64,000 bases of DNA from Yuukianura sp. NJ FZ-2021 (Eukaryota): the NCBI GenBank assembly GCA_046563655.1, contig CM102290.1:4340001-4404000 (forward strand), in the 5' to 3' direction. Of this stretch, positions 13,899 through 27,464 are shown piece after piece; positions within the stretch are counted from its first letter, which is position 1; each line of letters opens with the position of its first letter. Under the pieces are notes generated by a model. It searched no databases. It had not been told where the DNA came from and worked only from the letters and a program-made list of their open reading frames with translations. A program made the translations under genes and the position numbers.

Positions 13899-16800
13899 GT
13901 GTCTGATGGTTGCACGGATCTTTTTGCACCAACGCGAAAAGGTAAGTACGAAGGACTGAAATAAGTATATGTTAGTGCTCACAAACTCTTCGAATTCAAA
14001 TGAACATGAGGTTTTTTTTGTATTGTTTAGTAAGTTGACGCTTAACATATATATAGTTTAGGAACTACAGTTTTGACATTAGAATTTTGCGAGTCGACTA
14101 AACAACAAGTGTTTGAAATTGGTCACTTGCGCATAAAGTTATTTTCCTGAAGATTGATGTTGGTGCCTGACATGAATAAAATTGTGGAAACAAAGAGGAA
14201 TTGATAAACAAAACGTGCTTTTGGTTGAACTTGATTTAGATTCGTCACCATACTTGCTGGACAATCTGCATTCACCGCATGAGCCAAAAGGTCTTGATCC
14301 CCAAGAACCACACATCAATCACGACGAGGAGGACAAGAAAGTGAGAAGCATTTCACCGTTTCAATCAGGAAGAATTACGCCAACTTCCAGTACAAGCGTC
14401 ATTAGCACTGCGCCTACTGTCATCTTAGTCGAAACTAAACCCACAACACCTCCTCAGGTACTGGAAACCAGTCAGGCGTCTGTTAAGTCACATACGGTAA
14501 GCTCAAGTATTTTTCAATCCAAGTTAACCAAGCCTCTGGCGAAAAGAATTTTTCTACCTATTTAGTAAAACGTTTTAAAACGTTTTAAAAACGCGAAACG
14601 CAACAGAAAATAACGGAACAGCAGAGCTACTAACGTTATGGCTTTCAGTTTCAACATTTCCTCGAATAATTCATTTTTTCGTTAATAACCATATATTTTT
14701 GAATTTTGTTTTTCAGAACGGGTCTTTGTGTTTGGATGAATGTGGAAGTCGGGATGTGAATGGGCACGCACAAAATACGAGTCCAGCGTCTCCGGAACGT
14801 TCGAGTCCAGTTCCAACGAAATCTGTTCAACAGACTCTGTTTACACCCTATGCTACAAGCGCAATTACTCGAGTGAATACTGGCGGTGGACGATTGACAA
14901 CCGTGCCTGACAATCCGACTCAGGAACTACTATCATCGACGAAACAAGTTCAAAGCGTTCATACGAATACAAACACTGGTTGCCAAACTAACAGTCTCAT
15001 TGGTCAACAATCTTCGTTGAGTGATTTCACTTTGTCTGGATCTCATATACACCGATCTTCGCAACCCAGCTACGATAAGGTATTTGTGAAAAGAAAACAA
15101 AATACGATTTTTTCAATTAATTTTCCGTAAGGCGTGAAAAATTACGATAAAATTCAAAGAATTTCTTTTTAATCGGATCGTATTGGCAGATGGAGTAAAT
15201 TTCACATAATTTCTTATTAGATGAGGATTCAATCGGACGGATTAATAGCACATTTGCTTCAAGTCAATATTTATTATGTTTTTTTGTTTCAGACTGGAAC
15301 TGGAACCGGTTCTAATTTACTGACGTCTTCACTCTTTCAAAGGAACTCAACAACTCCAACGAGCAAAGGTTCGTGTAAAGAGAACCATTTGCCCAGGATT
15401 TTTAAATGCCTTATTAGTGAAATGATTGGATTGTGGATTGTGTTTGCAGAAAGTTCGAGTGTTGCGATCAGTAAATCAACAACGGCCACAGCCTTTGGTT
15501 CAATTGCCCGTCTCCTTGATTCTCCGAACCCACCTACATCGAGTAGAAATAGTCCAATTACAATTAGTGCCAGCGCAACATTAACTCCGAGTACAAATGA
15601 TAATAATAGTCTCAATCAATTCTATCTGAGTGGATCTGGTGGGCCTTCCAGTGCTCCGCAGTCTTGCTCCTCGAGAAGTCTTTCACCCAGAAGTCATAGC
15701 CCACCACGAGAAAGAGACAGCTACAGGTGAGTTTCACTTTGATTTGGTTGGTAATTTTCACTTGAAAAATAGTCTGATTGCATTTTTAATTTTTGACACT
15801 GCAGTAGCAATGTAAGCAGCCTAAGCCGTACAAGTGTAACGCCTGTAAGCGGATCATCGTCTTTGTCACAGCTACCGCCTAATCTGTCTCCGCTCCAGAG
15901 TTTGTCCTACTCCAAGGCAGCTTCTTGGCTGAGGTAAGGAAATGAGTGACTTCTCTTATTAGTTTTGCTCCCATGTTTGGAGAGCCGAGTGTTTCAATGT
16001 TTATTTAAGGCTCTCTCTTACTATAAACACTGATGTTAGGAGAGACAAAGGGCTGTGTCACTCGTAGTGTTTGTGTTTAATGCCGACATTCAAACATCTT
16101 CTTGGCGGCTTCTTTTCTTTTGTGAAGTTAATATTTAGTTCGGTTACAAACAGTTTTGTGTCCCTCTTGTTGACAGATGAAATTATTAGACAGAACTTGA
16201 GAAGTTGAGTTGTCTTGATGGGAGGTTGTTAGGTACTTAAGGTTTGAGTGGCTGACTAATCTAAAGAGGCAGAATGACTTTCTCAAGTAAATTATGGAAA
16301 GTACGCAGCAGGGCTTAAGTAGCTAATTGATTGTTTTAGTAGTTTGGTACATTGTTGTGAGTAATCCTTGAAAACCAATTGTGATATTATACTGCGCCTT
16401 TAAGTCTTAATGTTTTCGTATTACACTATTTCTTATTTTCGTTTATGACGTTTGTTGGGAACCTGCGAGCGATTAGTTTGTGTTTTTTAACCGAAAAATG
16501 AGCAGCAACGGCGCGCAAAAGCTAATAAACTTGGTATTCTAGTTTATGTGCAACAAATCTAAGTTTTTCCTCAACTAAACTAGTAGTTGTAACGTCTCTT
16601 TAACTAGCGATAAGTTTTTAATACTATTCAAAGTTTTTTACTTTTTCCATTGGATTAACGCATAGTACTGAAGTTTTTTTTTAACTGAAAAATCGACAGT
16701 TCGTAAAACACTAATTTTCCATTTTCAACGCTTGCTTGATTCCATTTGGATGATTTTATTTTTTATGGACGCTTGCAAATCTATAGGGTGTGAAAGTTTT

Positions 16801-19800
16801 GCGTTTTTCTGAATGAGTTGTACGTAAATATTCAATAAGGTTTTTTGTTTGAAATTGCACCGAAGTTAAAGATGTACATGTAAATTTAATTTGTTAGACA
16901 CCAAGTGAGGAGTATCATCGACTGAGAGAACTCTCTTTACGACAATTATTTGCATGCAAAAAGCTAGGCTCTTTGTGAGTTGGAAACTGTTTAACGGCTA
17001 TTATTTGCAATTACAATTTTTGCAATATCGCAGTTACAGTAAATTGAACGTCTTCCCAACTCTCGTCTTGTTCTCTCCATCCAGTTAGTTTTTCGTATCT
17101 CGTTGAGAACTTCATTCTTGGGTTGGATTCTCATCGTTATAGTTAGTGTTGTTTTTAGAGGACGTCGGAGATAGTTTTTGACAGAAGTGACAATTCCAGT
17201 TTCAGTTTTAATATACTTTTTAAGAAAGTTGAGTTTCTTAAATCTAATTCTCACTTTTTCTTTGTTAGTGGTGTCCCACCTCGACTTTCACCAGTGCCTC
17301 GACCTACACCGCCTCCAATTCTACCACCAAGTTCCAGTGGACACTTATCCTCTGCAGGCGTGTCATCCTTATCCGGCGCAACGCCAAGCCCTCTTTCAGT
17401 CTTTCCAGGACTTGTTCCAGGTCATACGCCGCCATCTCATGGTGTTCCACCTCCAGTACCAATATCTGGATCAGCCATGTTTGCTCCACCAATGTTGCCA
17501 TTGAGTTCCATTATGTCCCACCCATCCACTCAATCTGTTCCCTTCGGACCCTCTGCGGACAACATTTTCCCAGGTTATTCAATGATACTGTCAGCTTAAA
17601 CATAAAGCAAATTGAAGTTATATGTTTGATGTTTACTTTCTAGGGCAAGTTCAAAGTGAGCTTGTGCGGCGTGATCTCGAGTCTAGGTTCTTAGGTCCGG
17701 AGAGAATCGGAGGTAGTGCCAGTGGTCCTGGTCAGTTTCTGTCCAGAACCAGTGATCTACACTCCCACCATCAACATCTCTTGTCTCATCTGTCGGCAGT
17801 GAATTCGATGTCTCCTCACAATCAACCTGGAACGAATCCTGCTCTCTTCCCTCCGCCGATGGTAAGTCATCCTTTCCAATATCCCCAATACTACCAACAT
17901 CCCACGAAGGATATGGAGGGAATCATCCTACATGTTTAATTGGCAATTTATCTAGAATTGCTTTTTTTATTAGGACATCACATCCTATAGATTCTCTCTT
18001 TTTTCACTTCTTGAGTTATTACTCTCTTTTTTATAACCCATAAAGGTTTTAAAGCTTCGCCTCACCAATAAAAATTACCTTTCTCAGAAATGGTAGGCGT
18101 ATGATGCGAAGAGTTTGCTAAACTTTATCGCCATTTTTTGTGAGAGTCAGTGCGATCTTTTCTAGATTTTATGGTAAAAGTCAAAGTCGATTTAATAGTG
18201 GATATAATCAGGTTTAAAGGTTAAGAACAGTAAAAATCTTGTCAAATGTAGGCATCAACTCCATTTTAAAACTCTTATTGTTTCTGTGCCATTTACAGTT
18301 CAAAGAGTTGAAATTGGATTCACCGTTGTACCGGAATATGCTGTCTTACCCTGGCTTTAACGGAATGCTCCCACCGCCACCGAACCTTGGCACACCATTT
18401 ACATCTCCTAGTCAAATGCCTTCGCTAGCGCCAAAGGTAGAGAACATCAATGGGTACAATCAGAGTATGACACTTCGAATGCTAATTTGTTACTTGTATT
18501 TTATTAGAAAACTGGAAAGTGGAACGCGATGCATGTTCGGATAGCTTGGGAAATTTACCAGCACCAACAGAAGGGCGGAAGTGACAAAAATAGTAGTAAT
18601 GCCTTAGGGATGAACTCATCTCAAACGAAAAGCACAAGTCAGCCTCCAACTACGAGTCATTCGTCCAGTGATCTACTCCGACCACCGAATCACCTATTCT
18701 CTGGATTGAGCCGACCTCCGGATATTGGCCCACCGCCATTTGTGTCTCCTTTACTTTCGCCTCATCAACCTCCACACCGTGTGCCGTTTGACCCAACACA
18801 ACATCCCTTGTTTCTTCATGCGACACAACATTTAGGTGCTCAATAATCATCATTTTGGGACAAAATTGGGTTGGTCAAAGTAGTGTTGGACGAGTTTTCA
18901 ATGATTTAACTGTAACAGGTCCGTCCCTGGCAAGGTATCCTGGCTTTGGTGCACTGGGACCATCATTTAGTGGATTAAGTGGCCTTGGTTCTAGTCTCCT
19001 CGGAAGAGATTTGACTAGTTTGAATTCCTTGGCAAATCAGGAACAATGGCAAAGGTAAAGATTTATGATATTCGCCTATTTAAGTAATCCAAGTTTTCAG
19101 ATTTTTCATACTCTTGTTCTATTTTTCTTTATTAGGATGCAACGTGGTGCTCCACTACCGACTGGCACTGGACAAAGTTGGCCCCTTCACAGGCCAGATC
19201 ATGATCCTAAGGCTCCAACGGAGGCCAGAAGACTTAAAGAAGACAGGAGTGAGAAACGGTACGATTCTGATAGGCATTCAGAGTCGAAAGGAGGCAGTAG
19301 GGGGGATTCCTCGCCATTTCGGGATCGCTCTCCTGTCAGACCTTCTCGAACTCCGCTGGAAAATGGAGATACGGACTCTCGTAGTTCGAGGTCCAACGAC
19401 TCACATTCAACTACCGTCCATGGATCGAAGTCCAGATATAAAGATGAATCGAATGGAGATCGTGAAAAATCCAGTACACCACAACATCATTCTGAGAAGG
19501 ACAGAGACAAAGGATCTCATGTGGGATTGATCAACGACATGAAGTCACCCCTCAATTATATGACCAACCATCCTGCCAGGTAAGCCTACTCGTTAAGTTT
19601 TAGGCTAGACTTCGGGTATTTGGAACAGTTCAAGCCTTCTTGTCGTTAGGATGTTTCATTCTGGATCTCCGATGGCTCCAATGACCAGCGGTTGGGAATC
19701 ATTTCCGGGTTTCAGTCACACTGGACCAAGAATGTCAAGTGTAGATTCATTCCGCCTCGGCCTGTTGCAGCTAAGCGAACGGGACAAGGAATATTCCGCA

Positions 19801-20118
19801 AGGATTCAGTCCACACTTATGCGACCGCATTATCCAAATGGACCGTTCATGAACATGCCACCATTGGGGGGTCTGGGTCAACTTCCATCCCATCCTCAGC
19901 TACTAGCCGGAGGATCGTCGAGTGGCGGAAGTAATGGCAGCAGTAGCAACAGCAGCACAAAAAGCAGCCCACTCGGAGGTCCAAATCCGCTTCTCAACCA
20001 CGGCCAAAACTCCTTGTCTCACCACCAGCAGCAGCTCACACTTCACCACCATTCCTCTAGTCAAAATGGATGTGGTAGCCCTAGCACCAAATCGGAGGAC
20101 CGCGTGAAAGATAATTAA
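13899..20118 (+). CDS. tay: tay bridge / AUTS2-fibrosin family nuclear protein (5'-partial; first exons upstream of window)
   Basis: Phase-consistent GT-AG exon chain: 13899-13941, 14240-14496, 14717-15079, 15293-15368, 15450-15726, 15805-15933, 17269-17573, 17644-17861, 18299-18436, 18508-18835, 18919-19054, 19136-19579, 19650-20118 (TAA). Family motifs KTGKWNAMHVRIAWEIYQHQQK and LVRRDLESRFL; Ser/Pro/His-rich low complexity. Confidence 0.85.
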
Positions 20119-21942
20119 GCCTAAGAAAGCCAGTAATGAAACGAATCTCCAGTAATTTATCTGTATGCGGAGTACAGGATTAACCTAATGACATTGCAGA
20201 GTCTCTCCGTGGATAATCAGTTCATAACAAGTGTTACCTACGAAAATGTATACATGCTGTTTCGGATAAGCCGGCATGTAGAACAGGAATATGGGATTCT
20301 TAAGTTGGTACACAATTTTCCAACGTAATAGCGTACTGTTTAATCGACTTCTCACTAATTTGTAACAAGTAGAGCAGTTGGATACGTTTTACTCGACCAT
20401 TTTATTCTCTACACTAGTTTAACTGTTAGTTTAGTGTTGATCAATGCCGGTGTTCCTTGTTAATCTCAACACTTTAAATTTTAAGGAATAGTTCTTATTC
20501 GGTTTTTAGGAGAAAACTGTGTTGTGAGCTGAGACAACTAACTTCTCTTGGGAAGCAACCTTCGGCAATTTCGAAAGTATTCTAGTTCCAGTCATTTCGT
20601 TGTTAAAGTTCAGCCCTCTGGATTAACTTATTTTAGCTCATCCTTTTGTTTGCCATGACCTCATATCGTTGAATTGAACGGTAATCTAAAGAGACAAATG
20701 CATCAGATACAATGGATACTCATTTTTCATTCAATACATAACGTCTTTAGTCGTTTTCGCAGCGAATAGTTATTGAAATGTAGCACTAAAGTAACTTTTA
20801 GGTTTCGTTTTTAGACATGGTAGTTTTCAATTTTTTTTTACTTTTCCACTTGTAACCAAATGACAAAGCAGACTCAATTTCCGAAAGATTTTGCCAGAAA
20901 TCCAATTTGTAATTCGGAGTAAAGGTTAAAGTGGAGCGGAATGTGTCCCAAGACGTAAGTATAGGAAGATTCATTGCTCGAAGTGTGTGATATCAATTCT
21001 TGATGGAATAGAAACTGTCTTTTCTATACAAATTCACTAAATCCGTTAGTTAAGAGAACTTATTCTTCGATGGGATATGTTTGTAATAACTTGATTGTTG
21101 AACCTCTTATTAAGAAGTGTTTTTTCTTATGCTGTGGTGCTGCCATTCTCGTTGCCCATTTTCTCTGTTAATTGAACCTATATTTAGGTAGTAATTAGAC
21201 TTTGAATGTTTTGTAATAATCCAGGAGAGGATCTGACCAATTAATCTTGAATTTAGCAACAACCAATTCTGATTTTGTCTTCATGAAAATGTTGCGAGAA
21301 AAGTTTCAAGGTAAATAAATGCTTAATTTTTTAGAACAACTGATAAATCGGAGTAGGTCCAGTCAAATCCGCGTTGTCTACCGGGCAGTATGATTTTGGC
21401 ATTTAGATTCGCGTTGTTGAGAAATGCGAGTTTGTTTCGTGCATGGTTTTATTGACAACTTATTTAAGTAAAGGAACTCAGATAGCTTAAAGCATTTAAG
21501 GAAGGTCAAGCCGTTCTAACGATTCAGTTCAACATTTTTGGCAATAGGTTTGATCGATTTAGTTTCACCTTTTCTTCGAATTCCTGCTGTTTTCTCATAA
21601 CATGTTTCCTATGTACACGATTATTTAAGTTTCCTGATTATCAAATTTGTATGACAATATAACAAATCAGCAACAAGTTGCCGAATTACTAACTTTGTAA
21701 AATTAGCACCAACGTCAGTGCATAATTTCTTGAATCAGTTACCAATGTTTACAAACTATAATAATCCCTAAAAACACACTACGTTCCATACCCCCAACGA
21801 TTCTAAATTCAATCAACTACTGTTGCCGTGCTTCGTCGCTCCACATGACATTACGTACATTTCATCTTAACTTTCAATTGATGTGAAATAATTACAGCTT
21901 GTTAATGGTGATAGCTAACACAAGTGTTGACGAATTGCGGTG

Positions 21943-22838
21943 TTACTTGGCCTTTCCTTGCGCTGCTACAGCTGCCATAGCTTTCTTCACTACTTCCTCG
22001 TCTCCTAAAAACTTCATTGAAACCACAGGTTTGAGGTTTTCATCGAGTTTGTAGACGAATGGAATTCCAGTTGGCAAGTTCAATCCCATGATTCCTTCGT
22101 CACTGATTTGATCCAAATGTTTAACAATTCCACGGAGACTATTTCCATGAGCAGCAATGAGAATCCTTTTCCCACTTTTCAGTTGTGGCACAATAGTTTC
22201 TTCCCAATAAGGCAGTGTCCGTTTGATCGTAAGCTGAAGTGACTCGAACATGGGAAATTCACTGCGAGGTGGGCCGTCGTTGTAGAGCGGAGATTCAACG
22301 ATCTCTTTGAAGTATGGATTTGTCTCGTCCATTGGCGGGGGTGGAACGTCGAAGCTTCGTCGCCAAATTTGAACTTGTGCTTCACCGTATTTCGCTGCAG
22401 TTTCAGACTTGTCAAGTCCTGTGAGTCCTCCGTAGTGACGTTCATTGAGTCGCCAGCTCTTCTCCACTGGTAAATCCTCCTGACCAATTTCCTTCAGAAC
22501 CAACTCCAGTGTTCTTTGAGCTCGCTTTAGTACGGAGGTGTAGGCTATATCGAATTGATACCCAGCTTCCTTCAAGGCTTTACCCCCTGCAATGGCTTCC
22601 GCCTCGCCTAAATACGGTTTAGATCGAATCATTAGATTTCATTTGTATCGTTCAATGTATTTCAAGGTCCAAAAACTAGTGAAAAACGAATCATAGGAAA
22701 GAAAGGCGAGTTACCAAGAGGGTTGTGCTTACCTTTCGCGTTCAAGTTAGCGTTGTACCAACCGCAGAAGAGGTTCTTTTCATTCCACTCACTTTCTCCG
22801 TGTCGCAGCATGACAATTTCATATTTGGCTGTTGCCAT
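21943..22838 (-). CDS. Pglym78: 2,3-bisphosphoglycerate-dependent phosphoglycerate mutase (256 aa)
   Basis: Exons 22733-22838 and 21943-22607 join in frame. Motifs [49 protein letters not shown]. Confidence 0.96.
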
Positions 22839-23049
22839 GGTCTTCAGCGATCGTACAATTGATAACAGAGTTCGGATAGACCGGTAGTTACCCACGATTC
22901 CAAGTTGTTAGGTGAGTTCACCTAAAAATGAAGTAAATCATGTAGAAAGTACAGTGTAGACATGTAGAAAGTATATTCAATTAATTTAGACATTTACATT
23001 CAAGAAAAGTGTGAGTATACTACGATTATTCTAATATCTAGTCAGTACT

Positions 23050-23930
23050 ACCTTATCAGATGACTTAGAATGGAAGAAAGGATTGCTGTGCTGCCTGTTG
23101 TAATTCTGTCAGTGTCAATACAGTTGAGACGGATGATTCCCCAGGCTCGCCCTGAATCTGAAAGACAGATTTACTTCTCTCTCACTCTGCTTCACTGTCG
23201 AGGCCTCTGGAGGTAACTGGCAACTAACGACGACAGTTCACCCTGACCCTGCTGACCGGTGTCTGTAACTTCTACACCATCCAGAAGAGGCTTGCCTAAC
23301 CTATGGGTGTGGTGAGCTCACTCTCACATTGAGAGAGACATGTGATTTGGCGCAACCTCCAATAGTAATTTCTCTGCTCCTCGTCGCCTCGTCATCTGCT
23401 TTCTTTTATTTCGACAATGTTGTCATCTAATTAATCGTTTTCGTGATTATGATTAATTAGCAATTGATTTTGGAACCTTATTACTTCTCCAATTTCGTAT
23501 CACTATATTCTCCTAGAAAGTTTAGGTATGCCGCTACTAAATACTTTATACCTTCTTCCTAGGAAGTACTAGTACATAGAAATTTAACATCATCGATGCC
23601 CCGCACAGAACAAAACGATCTTCCCATTTACTCTTCCGTGGTGGCTGAAAGGCCGGAAGGGGAAGACGGAGGCTGTTTGTTAGACTCAAGAAAAGAGAGA
23701 TAGTAGTAATTCAGCACACACACAAACAGAAACTGGTACTTAATTCAATTGCTAAATTCGTATGTTTTTTCATTCTAGAAATTGGATAGAAAAGATTTTG
23801 GCTGAACGGAACCTATGAGAAGGTGTGATGTATCATTTCTTAACACATTGTTTCGCGATTCAGTGAGTAACGGTTCCTTCCTGATTCCATGCAGGAAGTG
23901 AGCTGTGATTTGACTCGAGTGGCTCGGTGA
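23050..23930. promoter_or_regulatory. divergent promoter region between PGAM (-) and the PH-PDZ gene (+)
   Basis: Head-to-head gene orientation, non-coding 5' UTR splice sites on both sides, GA/CT tracts. TSSs not mapped. Confidence 0.45.
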
Positions 23931-24172
23931 GAACCTTTATTATAATTTATAATCAAAGTTTTTCTTTATAATTTATAAAGTATGTCTGTGATTCATTATC
24001 CCGAATTATTCGTATTTGGTTGTGTTTGTTTGTGTTTACAGGAGGACAATCGTTCAATTATTCTAACGGTAACGGGGAACCCCATTAGTGGTAAATGATT
24101 CACATATTACAAAGAAATATATGTTGAACATTCAACCTCAACAGGATCTCTGTGACATACTTGTTCGAAGAC

Positions 24173-27100
24173 ATGAGTACTAACACAATCAGTCATGATG
24201 TTACTAGGAACCTGCAAGTTTCACCAGTTCCCCCAGGTATGGTTGTGTTTACCTACTACTTCAAAGTATTGTTCAAATATTTATTTTAATGTTAAAATTA
24301 GCTTTATCGGTGTTTCATAATTATAGAGATACCTAGAAGACCATCAACCACAGTTCAACGGCCAACAACTTCAATGGGGATGGTTCCAAATGTAACGTTA
24401 CCAAACGCCGGTGTTACCAACGGTCAAGAGCCGCAACCTATCAGGCGGCATGACCGTGTTCGAGAAATTCATAAAAATGCTTGGCTGAAGAGGCTTCATA
24501 CATCGTATGACAAAAAAGGAGCTCCTCTCATAAAGCGAGTTGAAAAATGGTGGCTTGTTTTCTGCGTCCATGATGACACCGAAGCTTATTTGGAATTTTA
24601 CTCAGAACCAAAAATGGCTCAAGTTCACAAACCTTCTTACCGGGTTAGTCTTACGACGTGTCTCCATGTATCGCCGTCCATCGTCGGACAGGACAATGAA
24701 TTCCAGTTTGCTGTTACATTGTCGTCACAAGTCATTTACCTCGCAGCTGCAGATTGGTTAGTTACTTTTTCCTTAAGTTTGTTTAACAGTAATCTCTAAT
24801 CGCCATCGCCGGATTTTCGTTAAATGCTTTAGTTTACTCTTTCCTCTTAGGGACCAAATGCTGGAATGGGTTGAATCATTACAAGGCAAACTGAGGGAAA
24901 TGAATATATTAAGTCCCAAGGATAATTTGTACAGCAAATTACCAGAAATTAGTAGTCGAAGCTGTCACCCTAACTTCGCTTTCGGACCAATTTCAACCCG
25001 GGATCCAAATTCACCACTTCCACCTACTCCAAATCGCCGAGAACCCAGCACAAGTATGTAAAACAAGTCTATCTACTATGTACTGCATTTATTTATATTT
25101 AGCTCCATCGTTGACCTCGTGAGGCGGTTCAATTGGCAGACATTTCTTTAGCATTTTGACTTTAATTTTTCCTGCCTCTCGAAGGTAGTAATAGTTACGG
25201 ATAAATTACAATTTGCTTACTTTCATTCGCAGGTTACATTGATATGACTAGTCAATTCCCTTCCAATGAACCAAGTCCAATTGTAACAACGGTTCCTTCG
25301 CGTGATCTACTGTTGGAGGTGAATACTCCTCTCTCTACTTCCGTTTATGTTCAGCCAAATGGATCCGGCAATGTCATCTCGATTACTGGGTAAGTTGTTT
25401 CAACTCGTATACTTTAATGGACAAAGACTTCCTGTATGTATTTGTTCACTTCATACCTAGTACACCGTAAACAACCAGAAAATTTAACTTTTAAAGAAGG
25501 TTTTATAGTTAGTAATTATCTTTTTTTTTGCATTCAATTTAGGGATTCAAATACTACATGTGATTCAGCTGGAAACGGACGAAGCATTCTGAGAATTGAT
25601 ACCAGTGTTGTTGGTACACCTATTAATCCCAGTGAAAATAGTAGTACGGTTCCCAGTTTACCGTGTCCCAGTAGGACTAGTCCGGTTCTTCCTCCGCCAA
25701 GTAATAACACCACACTAGTTCAAGTAAGGTTTGATAGTTCCAACACTTCCTCTTCCGTGTCAAGTTCAACAGCTTCGTCAATTTTAAATACCACATCACC
25801 GCCTTTCGACGCTGACTGTATGTCTAGTCTAAACGGATGTAGGAATGAAAAAAGTGGGCATCGTTTTAAGGCTAACACGGTCAGCACCATCAGCAATAAT
25901 TTCTGTAGTATATCATCGTCTGCTGTAGATACTCAATCGGGTAATTCAAGTTCCTTGAGGCAGTCTTCTGATTCCCGTGACATATCATGCCCTCGCCAAA
26001 TTCAAACTGCGAACGATTGGTTCTACGAACATATTTTCGTTCCTACTCCTGCAGCACCCTACGTTGAGCCAGGCAGCGAAAGCTCTCAACATCCGGATAT
26101 TCGCCCCGCACCATGCGTTCCCGAAAGGAATCAAGCAGCTAAGAAAAAGGAGAAGAAAGCAATCAGGTAATGACAAAGTGAGACTCGTTTGAAAGAAAAT
26201 AAGTGAGTTGAGTCTTGAGTGACGTGACTTCTTTTTAAATTCCAGGCAGCCTCCAGTAGTCATAGGGGAAATAGGGGAACCAATTCACTTTCAAACGAAT
26301 GCGCATGCTGTTGCAACAACAGTAAATCGGGACGACAATCCTAATCCAACTGTAGTTAATTCGATACTTCATGAAACCAATGCAGAGATAAATGGCGGCA
26401 GAGCTACTACGATTGTAAGAAAAGCTTAAAGCTACTTGTCTCAGAGTGTGACGTTTGGCCCCGCAGTTTCATGATATTTTTGTTTGTTTTTTTTCTTCTC
26501 TATTAGCCACCCCCATTGGACCCAGCCATTGGCAGAATTGTGATGGGTTACATTCAGCCTGCTAGTCCACTCGAAACGAGAAGTTCAAATTCCCAACACC
26601 TTAATGCGGTCGGAGGCGGAACAAGCAGTGACAAGTCGGAAAAAGCATTGGTTTACGTTCCGTTGAAGGAAAGCCAGGTTAACCGCCTTAAGTTAGAAAT
26701 CAGCCATACTTCCGGAGTACGAATTGCACTTCGAAGAAAAGACTGTCTTGACACAATAGCCTTCGTGGATTATTTGGGGGGTGTATGGTGAGTCTCATAA
26801 TTCAGTTCTCTTTAAAGTTTTTTATGCGCTTGAACAACTAATTTAATCAATTAAACCAATGACTTGCCTTCAGGGTTGCCGGGTGGAAACAACAAGAGCA
26901 TCCAGTCTTGTACTATGCCTTCCATGTTGGGGACCAAATTATAAGCATCGGTGGGCAAAAAATACAATGTGGTGAAGACGCTAGAAAAGCTATACGAAAG
27001 GCAACGACACACCAGGTAAAAGTTAAATTGTTTATCGATAGTTTATCTTACAACACAACACTCCTGTTAAATCGTCTTACTCTTTACAGGTTGAGTTCAT

Positions 27101-27464
27101 TATTCGGCGTTTGCCGCACGGAAAAGTCTTCGTGTTGAAGCGAAAAATTGAAGGGGAACCCTTGGGCCTCGTTGCCGTCGGTAATTGTTCAGAAATTAGC
27201 GAGGTTGTACCTAATAGCTTGGCAGCAGCAGCCGGACTCTCCCCGAAAGCAACATCGCTCGATGGGCACTCCGCGTGCAATTGGGTTCTCACTGAAATTA
27301 ATAATCGTCCGCTTAGCCTCATAGCCAGAGAGAGCGAAGTACGGGACAGACTGAATGCGGTTGGCAAGGAAATAACTATTCTCGTCCAGCCTTCAGACTT
27401 GGTAAAACATTTAAAGAAGCAGCTCAAAACACTACGAGGATTCAAAGAATATCTTGTGGTGTAA
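24173..27464 (+). CDS. uncharacterised PH-domain protein with Ser/Thr/Pro-rich linker and two C-terminal PDZ-like domains
   Basis: Exon chain 24173-24236, 24327-24756, 24851-~25053, 25233-25389, 25543-26166, 26247-26414, 26507-26787, 26874-27015, 27090-27464. PH features: KNAWLKR, WLVF, YLEFY, IYLAAAD..MLEWVESL. PDZ features: FHVGDQIISIGGQ, GEPLGL..ISEVVPNSLAAAAGL..LTEINN. AATAAA at 27816. Confidence 0.8.
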
